Below are positions 29,934 through 41,130 of a DNA stretch of 64,000 nt, one piece after another (position 1 is the stretch's first letter; each line of letters starts with the position of its first letter). Source of the stretch: Eledone cirrhosa. Its lineage: Eukaryota. Under the pieces are notes generated by a model that saw only the letters and a program-made list of their open reading frames with translations, did no database searches and was not told where the DNA came from. Both the position numbers and the translations under genes were made by a program. The DNA lies in NCBI GenBank assembly GCA_964016885.1, contig OZ024743.1, positions 63,302,001 through 63,366,000 on the forward strand. Direction: 5' to 3'.

Positions 29934-30560
29934 CATCCTCATCATTGACTTGCTTCCATCATCCTCATCATTGACTTGCTTCCATCATCCTCATCCTTGA
30001 CTTGCTTCCATCATCCTCATCCTTGACTTGCTTCCATCATCCTCATCCTTGACTTGCTTCCATCATCCTCATCATTGACTTGCTTCCATCATCCTCATCC
30101 TTGACTTGCTTCCATCATCCTCATCCTTGACTTGCTTCCATCATCCTCATCCTTGACTTGCTTCCATCATCCTCATCCTTGACTTGCTTCCATCATCATC
30201 ATCCTTGACTTGCTTCCATCATCATCATCCTTGACTTGCTTCCATCATCATCATCCTTGACTTGCTTCCATCATCATCATCCTTGACTTGCTTCCATCAT
30301 CATCATCCTTGACTTGCTTCCATCATCATCATCCTTGACTTGCTTCCATCATCATCATCCTTGACTTGCTTCCATCATCATCATCATTGACTTGCTTCCA
30401 TCATCATCATCATTGACTTGCTTCCATCATCATCATCATTGACTTGCTTCCATCATCATCATCATTGACTTGCTTCCATCATCATCATTGACTTGCTTCC
30501 ATCATCATCATTGACTTGCTTCCATCATCATCATTGACTTGCTTCCATCACCATCATTGA
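29934..30560. repeat. 26-bp (then 23-bp) minisatellite CATCCTCATCCTTGACTTGCTTCCAT
   Basis: About 24 tandem units with ordered variant blocks. Confidence 0.95.
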
Positions 30561-30619
30561 TATGCTTTCATCCCCATCGCTGGTGTGCTTTTATCATTAT
30601 CTTTGGACAATGATCATTG

Positions 30620-30870
30620 GGTGAAGATGTGCCAGGAAAGGCCACAGCACACAAAAACAAGATGGTGTAGGACAGAACAAAGGAGAGACACAAAATAATA
30701 AATTAGCCACTGAGGAGGTCACAATGTGTGAGAAAAGAGTTTTGACAACAAATAAACAACCATCTGGTTATTAAACCAATCAACTCGAAATTTGTGATAA
30801 ATTGAAGTGAAAACAAACAGATGCATGAATTTTTATTGGCAACATGATCCTCCCAAAGTATAACAACATA
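30620..30870 (+). mobile_element. Diverged solo copy of the 3' pLTR of the 18.7-22.1 kb PLE family, decayed hammerhead at ~30706-30746
   Basis: Collinear with 21785-22088 (atggtgtaggacagaa, ctgaggaggtcaca..tgtga, ttattggcaacatgatcctcccaaagtataacaa). Confidence 0.75.
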
Positions 30871-32009
30871 TATATAAATGACACAGGACCAAACTGGCTG
30901 GCAATATAACTCAATACAAAAGACCTATTCACTAGTACAAGCACTGCAATACAAAGTAAATGTGATGAGGGACTGGAGGCTAAAGTGTTTGGCAATCAGG
31001 CAATATAGGGTTTGAGATGGCTGTTAATTTGGCAGTGCATGTAACAACCTCTCTAGTGTTGGTGCTATGATCAATTGTACTCAGTACACTGTGAAAAGAG
31101 TTAGTGTTGGTGTCAATAAAATGCTTCCAGTTCACTCTGTAAAGTGATAATCCTTGAGTATATCCTGTAAGGTGGTTGGTTGTCTGAACAATTGCAACCC
31201 CCTACCATCACGCAGAGTCAACACCTTTGTATTTATTTAACACCCAAAGCTAGCTCTACAAACAGAATTGCATTCAAGAGGCAGATGGCTGAGGAATACT
31301 CAACCACTTTCACATTAATTTCATGAGCAGGATGTACTGTTGATTGAAAAATTGGAACATTCCTCATAGAAACCAACAGAGGTCCAATCCACTCCCTAAT
31401 ATTGTTGCTGTAGATGTTGATGACGTAAGACTTAGTATTTGAGAATGTTGTGGATTGATTTTCAAGTGAATATCAACAAAGAAACCAGATCAGGCTACAG
31501 AAGTTTAAGAAACCCTATACAAACATCTGCTAGAAAAAAGAAAATAGAAAAAAAAGCAGGTAGGCATCAGATATTGTATTATAACAGCCATGGTTGTGAA
31601 TTAGAAATAGAAACTAAAGAAATATCTAATAGAAACATTGTTTTCCTTTTTTCTCATTGCAGAAATATAAGAATATGAGAGAGAGAGAGAAAGAGAGAGA
31701 GTGCATGTGAATGCTATTTGGTTAACTTATGAAACACTGAAATTTCAAAAATATAGTCACCACAATGCCGATAACGATAATAATAGTTGACAACTATAAT
31801 GATTTCTTTATTAGACATACAGAGCTATAATAGTTGAATAAATCGGGTAAAGTGCCCTTGTGATGATGTAAACACCGAGGTAAACAGATAAAAACGGACT
31901 GGCTGACAATATCCACACTAGACATCTGTAATCACTGTTCATGAGCAGTCTCTGTTTATGATGCTGTGGATGCACTGGTTAGAAAGATCAATTTATTGAA
32001 AGATCAATT

Positions 32010-32761
32010 TATTGAAAGATCAATTTATTGTAACCTTAGACTCAAAGAAAAGTTTTCGCACTACAAGTGCAAATCGAACCCTTAACCTCTTACTACCAAC
32101 TGACAAACTGCATATACTTAAACTTTATACCCTCTTATTGTATCTAAACCCTTCTCCTTCATTCCTCTTCTATTTATTCGTTTTCTTCCTTCCTTCCCTC
32201 CCCTTTTTGGCTATCTTTTCTTTTCTTCTTTCTCCCCCCTTCTTTGCTTTTATTTTTGTCATTATTAACTTTATTTTTATTTTTTATATATATATTTATC
32301 TCTTTATATCTCCCTCCCTCTCTCACTCTCTATCCATCCCTCCCACTATGATCAATTTAATTCTCTTTAACTCACTACATTCCAAGACATGAAATCTACA
32401 TATCAAAACTGATCAAGGAATCCTTCCACCTCTACCCCTCCCTCCATCTCAGTTTGTCACTACTTCCTAACACTTCTCCCCCTTCCTCTCTCTATATATT
32501 ATTCCATTTGTCCCCTCACCTTCTAATTCCTCTCTCTCTATACTAGTAAATACAATTCCCCAAAAATGTTTTTCTCTATATATTAAGAACTATTTCAAGA
32601 GTAACTTACTCACTATTTTGAAAATTTGGACATGAACAACAATTATAATTGAGTGGCTGCTATTTGCAGTATAGCAATATAAGGTTGCACTTACCAATGA
32701 AACGGTCGTAAATACCTGGATAAAATCCTTCTCTTAATGCTTACCTGTGTTTTCTCTTTTA

Positions 32762-32765
<4 letters not shown>
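32010..32765 (+). mobile_element. Old PLE 3' remnant with decayed hammerhead (32614-32714)
   Basis: CNLRLKEK reading near 32028-32052; pyrimidine-rich 3' region; TATT-TTGAAAA-tTTGG...CCAAt-GAAA-CGGTCG-TA-AATA. Confidence 0.55.
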
Positions 32766-32812
<47 letters not shown>

Positions 32813-32814
<2 letters not shown>

Positions 32815-33956
32815 AAAATGTTTAACCCCGGCGGAAGAGCTCAAGCCGTTTCGACGGCTATTTCTGGACTAAATTAGAATTTTTAGCATGGTAAATAAAT
32901 AGCGGAACTTTTCAAGGGGTAATTCCTTATATGGGAAGATTGTAGTTGTCAAAAGGATCGGTCAAAATTTCTTGTAAACACCATTAAATCTTTCATGGCA
33001 GTGGGCGGCTGGACTTGCCTGTAGAACAATGAGGGAGTGGGTGGAGCCGGTCAAGCTTTGAAAGTGAATTCTATACAGCAAATTCTAAGGTGTGTGTATG
33101 ACATTAGGCTAGATAGGAAACAGGCAAAAAAAGGATTCTGGAGAAAATAGAGAGGGGACGTTATAGAATAGGTTAATAAAATGAGATTAGAAGATAATAG
33201 ATAAATAAAAAGATATATAAAATTATAAAGTTGGATAGTAAAATGTAATTAAAAAATCTCTAGAGTCTAAAACAGCTGCTATATTTAGTTGGTATTGTGT
33301 TTTCGGCCAATGCTATAGAATAGGTTAATAAATTGAGATTAGAGGATACTAAATAAATAAAAAAATTATAAAATTGGATGATAAAAATTAATAAAAATAT
33401 CTCTAGAGTCTAAAGCAGCTGCTATATTTAGTAGGTATTGCGTTTTCGGCCAATGCTATATATAATTTACTGGGGTGAGGGTACTGAGACTACAAAAGCC
33501 CGATGGGCTGCCTCACGGTCGTCGAAAGGGGAAAAAGGAAAAGGAAGCGGATAGAGAGTGGAAGGAAGTGATAGGAATCCTTTTTTGCTTGTTTCCTATC
33601 TAACCTAATGTCATACACACACCTTAGAATTTGCAGTATAGAATTCACTTTCAATGTTTGACCGGCTCCACCCACTCCCTCGTTGTTCTACAGGCAAGTT
33701 CAGCCACCCCCACCTCCCACCCACTGCCATGAAAGATTTAATGGTGTTTACAAGAAATTTTGACCAATCCTTTTGACAACTACAATCTTCCCATATAAGG
33801 AATTACACGCTAAAAATTCTAATTTAGTCCAGAAATAGCCGTCGAAACGGCTTGAGCTATGCTGTCGGGGTTAAACATTTTCACATTACCCACTCTACTA
33901 CCCTCAGTATTGAGTACTCTGGTACCATCTGGTTCCTTACCACACCTCCTTCATTA
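32813..33956. mobile_element. PLE-derived inverted-pLTR element (arms ~32813-33138 and ~33575-33882, plus tail), TA-flanked
   Basis: ~310-325-bp inverted arms, ~150-bp tandem duplication in the spacer, same family as the 13414 hairpin. Confidence 0.8.
32825..32920 (-). ncRNA. Type I hammerhead motif, U3-A8 core, cleavage triplet mutated (GCC)
   Basis: Minus strand ACCCC-TTGAAAA-G..GCTATTT...AAATAGC..C-GAAA-CGG..CCG-CC-GGGGT; sister copies at 13507 and 33864 retain GTC. Confidence 0.7.
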
Positions 33957-34220
33957 TATATATATACATATACAGGTGTGTGTGCATAAAAGATAAACAG
34001 AAATAACACAATCGGTACAGTATATGGAAGGAATATATTAGGTTAACGCTTGAAATAGCAGGAAGAGGGCTTTAACATTTCAGACGCTAGTCCATCAGAA
34101 GAAAGAATGAGAAATAAGATAGATTGAAGGGACAGGTGGGGTGGAATTGGAAAAAAGTCTTTAGATAAAACAGGTCCATTTATGTTGACTAGGGTGGAAG
34201 TGAAAAATAGATGGATGAGA

Positions 34221-34281
<61 letters not shown>

Positions 34282-34295
34282 CACACATACATATA

Positions 34296-34600
34296 TAGAA
34301 TAGAATGAAACGAAATTTCGTTTCTCACTCTTAGTACGACACTTACTTAAATGTAAGTATGTATGTATACTTACATACATATATGTATACAGACGTACAG
34401 TAGTATGCATATATATATACATAAACACATATATATATGCATGTATCGGTTTACCGAACATTTATTATAATGCTCGGTTTGTTTGTTTGTTTAGACAACC
34501 ACGTCAGCTTGTTCAACACTGACACAGGAACGATGTACTAGTTTCAAGCTTATTAGCCATCGTCAGCATCGTATACCTTCCTGCCAGATGGTTGAACGTC
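34296..34600 (-). mobile_element. Diverged partial copy of the hammerhead repeat unit
   Basis: Homologous to 18340-18695 with deletions. Confidence 0.8.
34530..34572 (-). ncRNA. Minimal type I hammerhead ribozyme (diverged copy)
   Basis: Minus strand ACGATG-CTGACGA-TGGCTAATAAGCTT-GAAA-CTAG-TA-CATCGT; substitutions preserve pairing. Confidence 0.85.
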
Positions 34601-34760
34601 TGTATACATACATTTATATATATATATATATATATATATCATCGTTTAACGTCTATCTTCCACGCTAGCAGTGAAATGTCAAAACTTTGTAAGTAAAAAA
34701 GAATTCAACTAAATATAATAGTAGAGAGAGAGAAAGAGAGAGAGAGAGAGAAAGAGAGAA

Positions 34761-34791
<31 letters not shown>

Positions 34792-35567
34792 AAGAGAGAG
34801 AGAGAGAGTGTGTGCGTGTGTGCGCGTGCGCGTGTGTGTGTGTAGCAATGGATGTATAGATGGAGGAATGGAATATAGGCACAGACATGTCCATGTGCCT
34901 AAGAAGTTGTGTTGGTACCACATGGTTTTGGGTTCAGTTGTACTGCATGGCACCTTGGACAGGTGCCTTCCTCTATAGCCTCGGTCAATTTAGTAAACAG
35001 GAATTGTAGGAGGCCCATTGTGTGTGTGCGTGCATGCACCTGCATACATGTGTATGCAAGTCAATAGCCACAAACATACTTGTAAGGTGGCATTACGAAA
35101 GGCAGCTAGCTGCAGCAACCAACCCAAAAATGGAATATATGAACAAGATGTGGTCATCTGACCAGTCACGTCTCAGAGTACAGCAAACCGTCTAGCCTAT
35201 TCAAGCCTTTAAATGGTATTTTATATATACAATCTATTCGCTTTTTACATGAAGAGGTGTTCGTGAATGTAAATTTGCATAATTCATGTCTAATTTTCCC
35301 ATTGAATTTGAATGCAACTCTAATATATTCTATATTATTATTTCTGATGATTTCCTTTGCCAATTCTAATGTTAAATTATATTTTCCTGATACATAAAAA
35401 AATAAAAAAACACATGCGTTATAGCGTGTTATCCGTGCAAAGTGAATATTTAATATTTTATCAAGACATGTTAAAGCAAATTCATGTAATTCAAGTTCGT
35501 GTAAAAAGCAAACAGACTGTATATATATTCAAACTGCTCACCAAATATATGTAAAAAGGATTTTTTT

Positions 35568-35608
35568 ATATTTGATAAGATTGATATACCAATCGAAACT
35601 GGTTATAT
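35568..35608 (+). ncRNA. Minimal type I hammerhead motif, U3-A8 core
   Basis: ATAT-TTGATAA-GATTG(atatac)CAATC-GAAA-CTGG-TT-ATAT; stem I only 4 bp. Confidence 0.6.
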
Positions 35609-37344
35609 TCAATGCAACAATTATAAAATTATCCATTCTGCCAGATTAAAGAAAAAAAAAATCTTTAAATATACTTCTGTCCACACTGTAAGGTGGTCGT
35701 GTAGGAGACACAGTAAAAAGGCTCCCAGTCCACACTGTAAATGTGGTTGGTGTTAGGAAGGGCATCCAGCCTAAAAAAGACTGCCAGAGACACTTCCATA
35801 TGAGTGAGTCACGGTCTCTCAGCCATTCCCGCATCAAATGGAACAAAACTGTCTAACCAGTACTAACGTGGAAGATGGACATTAAACAATGATGCTGGTT
35901 CTGTGCGTTTCACTTTTACTTTTTAACTATCTATCTAGAAGGAATATATATATAGTGTAGATAATAAGGGTGTTTATCTGTTATGTTGTAACGCTGCAAG
36001 GATAAGTTTGTTTAAACAATCCAAAAGCACTTCATATCAGTAGTGTATCCCCAGCAAAATGTTGGTGGTTAGGTGTGACGGAGTTTCCATTTATGAAATG
36101 TTGTGAAGACAGGGTTACTTTTACATAATTATTTTATTGCATTATATACATGTCAATGACATTGTTATGCAATTGTTATATCATTGACAGTCTCCGTGTG
36201 ACATCATCAGATGCTCATACAATTATGAGGTGTAGTTATGCAACTGGTTATGTATTACCACCATCTTGTTGTGATACAAGCAAACATATGAGATACAGAG
36301 TCCTGTTTCTTATTAACCATTGCATAACTATTACATTGAAATATATATGCAATAAAACAATTATGTAAAAGTAAGCCTGTCTCAACATTTGATATATATA
36401 TGTCACGCAGTAATACAGAAGACCCCCCCCCCCACTGGTACAAGCTGAAGCATATAGACAATATGCCCCCACACCCTCCCACTGCAAAGTGGTCGTGGAG
36501 GTGCCACAGCAAAAAAGCACCCAGCCCACACTGTAAAGTGGACTTGTAGGCACCACGGAAAAAAAGCACCCACCATTCACTGTGAGTACGAGAATAGACC
36601 TAGAAAAAAATAGGTCCCGACGCATTATATGGTATAACCCACCATATAATATGGAGGTGGCCACACCATTAGCTAAGATCTTTCTCTCCCTTATTATGAA
36701 GCATTTTCCCCCAACACATAAATATAGTAAAATTTTTAATAGAAATACCATTAAAATTTCTTACTCTACGACTCCTAACCTTGCACATAACATCACAGCT
36801 TCAAATCTAACTAAACTACCTAGCCGTAGGAGCACGTGCAACCCTGCAGCTAGTACTAACTGTAATTGTAGGAATCGGGTTGACTGCTCCCTATTCGGGA
36901 AATGCCTCTCTTGTAACATTGTCTACAAATGTAAGGTTGAAACACCCACGTCCCGTAGGGTTAACCGCCAATAGATTCAAGCAGCGTCTTTACATGCATA
37001 CCCATTCTTTTAGTTACCCTTTAAGAAGGAATATGACGTCATTTTCAGCTTATATCTGGAGTCTAAAAGACAACCACACCCAATATAAGTTACACTGGGA
37101 GATCCTAGCTAGGGCTAGATCGTATAACGGAAATAAAAGACCATGTGACCTCTGCGCCGCTGAGGCCCTGGAAATACTCTACGCCACAGACCACATCTTA
37201 AACAAAAAATCTGAGGCAATTTCGGCTTGTAAAAATAAATTGCACAAAACTTTCCTGTATTACAGCCCCACATTATACCCTAACGGATAGTACGAACTAT
37301 ACGCGGATATTTTACGTCTTGATGTGGTAGCTAAGTATATGTTA

Positions 37345-38002
37345 TGTTTATACCATTACTTATTTGTATAGGTAAGTATATATTACCTGTATGTTTTGTG
37401 AAGGTACGTATACTTTCTCGTATGTATATTTGATTGTATATGTTATGGTGTATATATTATATATTCTGGTACATATGCTTTTGGTTATGTGTATATGTGA
37501 GTTTTGCGTCTGTTTGAGTATGCGGGTTCGTATGCATGTAGGGTGTGTGTATGTGTACTTCGTGTTTATACCATTACTTATTTGTATAGGTAAGTATATA
37601 TTACCTGTATGTTTTGTGAAGGTACGTATACTTTCTCGTATGTATATTTGATTGTATATGTTATGGTGTATATATTATATATTCTGGTACATATGCTTTT
37701 GGTTATGTGTATATGTGAGTTTTGCGTCTGTTTGAGTATGCGGGTTCGTATGCATGTAGGGTGTGTGTATGTGTACTTCGTGTTTATACCATTACTTATT
37801 TGTATAGGTAAGTATATATTACCTGTATGTTTTGTGAAGGTACGTATACTTTCTCGTATGTATATTTGATTGTATATCTTATGGTGTATATATTATATAT
37901 TCTGGTACATATGCTTTTGGTTATGTGTATATGTGAGTTTTGCGTCTGTTTGAGTATGCGGGTTCGTATGTATGTAGGGTGTGTGTATGTGTACTTCGTG
38001 TT
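37345..38002 (+). repeat. 218-bp unit, three near-perfect tandem copies in the PLE 3' region
   Basis: Identical ORF-track translations starting at 37391, 37609 and 37827. Confidence 0.95.
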
Positions 38003-38115
38003 TTGGTTGACGTACGTCTCCGAACATATGTGTATTTACATGTAGGTATGTGTGTGCGCTTGTTATATATGTATTTATTTATTTATATACGTTTATTTAA
38101 TTATATGTATACACG

Positions 38116-38159
<44 letters not shown>

Positions 38160-38764
38160 TATATTAAAAAAAAAATATGTGTATTTGGTGTATACATTCG
38201 TATATGTGCGGGTACAGGCATTGCGTGGGATCTGTATGTGCATGTGGGATTTTTTTTTTTTTTTTGTACGTGCGTGTATTTGTATACCTATGGCGGGTGT
38301 TTTCGGGTTTGCTTGTGTATGTACGTATATGGATGCATGTATGTATTTATTTAATTTCAATTACCTCTGTATTTTATTTACTTTATTCTTAACTCTGAAG
38401 CGGAGAATCATTCGGTTTCCTAGTTAGAATTTTAGTCTACGATTTCAGTTATACCATTTACGTGGTTTTGTCTTTGCGTGCAATTGTTCTCCCCGCTCCA
38501 CATATGACGTATATCTTCGTTTTTTCCGTTCATTGCCAGTGAACGTCTCTATGAACCACCTAATAGAATATTAGTTTACGACTTCTTTTACACCATAAAC
38601 GTGGTTTTGTCTTTGCGTGTAATTGTTTTTGACCGCTCCAAATAATGACGTATTATATTCGTTTTTCCCCCGTTCTTTGCCAGGGAATGTTTCCACGAAC
38701 CAAAGTATCGTCTTCCTGTCTTCCTCCGGTTGCAACGTTTTTTGAAATATTCACTTCTGCGTTC

Positions 38765-38840
38765 ACAGATTGACTTTCTTAGTTTCAGAAGATCCCGTTA
38801 AGGGTGAAAGCAGCGATTCTTTGCTTAAACTTTAATCTGT
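38765..38840 (+). ncRNA. Type I hammerhead motif with U4-to-A change (probably impaired)
   Basis: ACAGATTGA..AGTTT-CAGAAGA-tCCC(gttaa)GGGt-GAAA-GCAG..TTGC-TT-AAACT..TTAATCTGT; extended stem I with internal loop. Confidence 0.7.
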
Positions 38841-38929
38841 TATTTTAAGAAATATTTGCTCTACGGTTCTTATATATTTTTATCCTTATCGAGCCCTCTT
38901 TGGATTTTAGTCTTCAAATTTATTATTAT

Positions 38930-38976
<47 letters not shown>

Positions 38977-39242
38977 CATACATACATACATACATACAAA
39001 AATACATATACCTAAGGATTTAAACACTACTATATTATTACTGTGGTGACGATGACTTTATTATTACTATTATTATTATATATTATCTGAGTTCAAATCT
39101 TGTCAAGGTTAGCTTTGTCTTTCATCCTTACAGGGTAGATAAAATAAATTACCAGTAATGTACTGAGGTTGATCTGATTGACATTCTTCTACCCTAAAAT
39201 TGTAGGCCTTGTGCCCAAATCAGAAACCATTGTTGTTGATGT

Positions 39243-39293
<51 letters not shown>

Positions 39294-39759
39294 CGGTGGT
39301 ATGTAAGTAGTAATTGTAGTAGTGGTGTTGGGTTTTTTTGGTGGTAGTATTATGTAAGTAGTAATAGTAGTAGTGGTGGTGATTTAGTAGTAGTAGCAGA
39401 AGAAAAAAAAGCAGCAGTAAAGTGATGGTAATGGGGTGATAGAAATTGTAGTAGGGGTGGAAATAGTTGTTTGTAGTAAGTGATATAGTACTATAGTATT
39501 TACTAATAGTAGCTTCAAACTAGTTTCAGTTTTAATGAAGCTAAGTTAACATATGAACCCTTTTCAACGGGGTAGGAAGCAGAGTAGCATAGCAAGCAAG
39601 CAAATAGCTAAATATTGCTTTTGTATAGAGATTAACATTTTTTCCTTCCCTCTCTCCCACTTTTACTTCTACTTGATGACTAATACAGGTAAGAGAAATA
39701 CTAAGGTGAAACAGACATTACTTCCTCCCCTTCTATCTATCTATCAACTTACGGATCTA

Positions 39760-40040
39760 GGTATCTACCAATTTGTCTATCTACCCATCTATCCATCTAT
39801 CTACCCACCCATCTATCTATATCTACCCACCCATCTATCTACCTACCCATCTATCTATGTCTACCCATCTATCTACCTACCCATCTATGTCTACCCACCC
39901 ATCTATCTATCTATCTACCCATCTATCTATCTATCTACCCATCTATCTATATATCTACCCATCTATCTACCCACCCATCTATCTATGTCTACCCATCTAT
40001 CTACCTACCCATCTATCCACCCATCTATCTATCTACCTGT
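39760..40040. repeat. (TCTA)/(CCCA) tetranucleotide repeat
   Basis: Direct inspection. Confidence 0.95.
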
Positions 40041-40570
40041 TATTGCCTCCTCCATAGTGAGGACGCCTTTGCATGTAAACTCCCCCCTTTGTACTTGTCC
40101 CACTTTTGATGCCCTGGTGGCAAATAAAAAAAAGTTATCTATCTACCCATCTATCTATATATCTACCCATCTATCTACCCATATGTTTCACCTTCAAATT
40201 TATCTCAATTGGAGAGAGAAATAGCAGGCAGAGTGAGTGTGGATAGAATGGAGAGGAATGTAGAAGGGGTGCCTCTCTCTATATATATATCTGTTTGTTT
40301 CACCTTAATATTTACCTGTATTAAGAGAAAGGGATGGGGGAAAGGTACTGTGACTAGAATGGAGAGAGAGGAATGTGAAGGGAATGTGAAGGGAAGGAGC
40401 AGGAGAAGAGAGTGGGGGGTGCTAGTGTAAAATAAAATAAATCTTTTCAGATTAAGAGTTTGGTGGGCTTACAAAAGAAAAGACTATAATTGTTACTACA
40501 CACAGAACAAGATGTACTGCAGAGTACTAGAAAGCTGGCAGGGAGAGATGGGAGAAGAAACCTCATTATC

Positions 40571-41130
40571 ACAGTGTGTAGTGTGTGTGTGTGTAGTTGT
40601 GTGTGTAGTGTGTGTGTAGTGTGTGTGTAGGTGTGTGTAGGTGTGTGTAGTGTGTGTGTAGTGTGTGTGTAGTGTGTGTGTAGTGTGTGTGTGTGTAGTG
40701 TGTGTGTAGGTGTGTATGTAGGTGTGTGTAATGTGTATAGGTGTGTAGTGTGTATGTAGGTGTGTAGTGTGTATGTAGGTGTGTAGTATGTAGGTGTGTA
40801 GTGTGTGTATGTAGGTGTGTAGTGTGTGTATGTAGGTGTGTAGTGTGTGTATGTAGGTGTGTGTGTGTAGTGTGTATGTAGGTGTGTAGTGTGTGTGTGT
40901 GTGTGTGTAGTGTGTATGTAGGTGTGTAGTGTGTATGTAGGTGTGTATGTAGGTGTGTAGCGTGTATGTAGGTGTGTGTAATGTGTATGTAGGAGTGTAG
41001 TGTGTGTAGGTGTATGTAGGTGTGTAATTTGTATGTAGGTATGTAGTGTGTAGGTGTGTGTATGTCGGTGTGTGTATGTAGGTGTGTGTAGTGTGTATGT
41101 AGGTGTGTGTAGAGTGTGTGTGTAGGTGTT
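40571..41130. repeat. Compound (TG)n/TAG/TAGG low-complexity repeat
   Basis: Direct inspection. Confidence 0.95.

Larger units (their letters stand above)
36588..38935 (+). mobile_element. PLE 3' portion (linker + frameshifted GIY-YIG + long 3' region with tandem repeats and hammerhead)
   Basis: RRIIWYNPPY..KHFP..KIFNRNTIKISYS..CNCR..CL..IVYKC (36582-36974) and GLTANRFKQR..H..SF..IWSLKD..CDLCAAE..LNKKSE (36880-37290); ends in (TA)n. Confidence 0.85.

Noticed and set aside
29934-30560. CRISPR-like regular repeat
   Set aside because: Units are contiguous with no unique spacers; eukaryotic context, no cas genes.
35166-35363. ORF with DCIYKIP resembling a GIY motif
   Set aside because: No YIG half or other PLE motifs; the segment is one arm of an AT-rich inverted repeat.
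38384-38431. Hairpin containing CTGAAG in the PLE 3' region
   Set aside because: Lacks the A9 and GAAA core; a simple stem-loop only.
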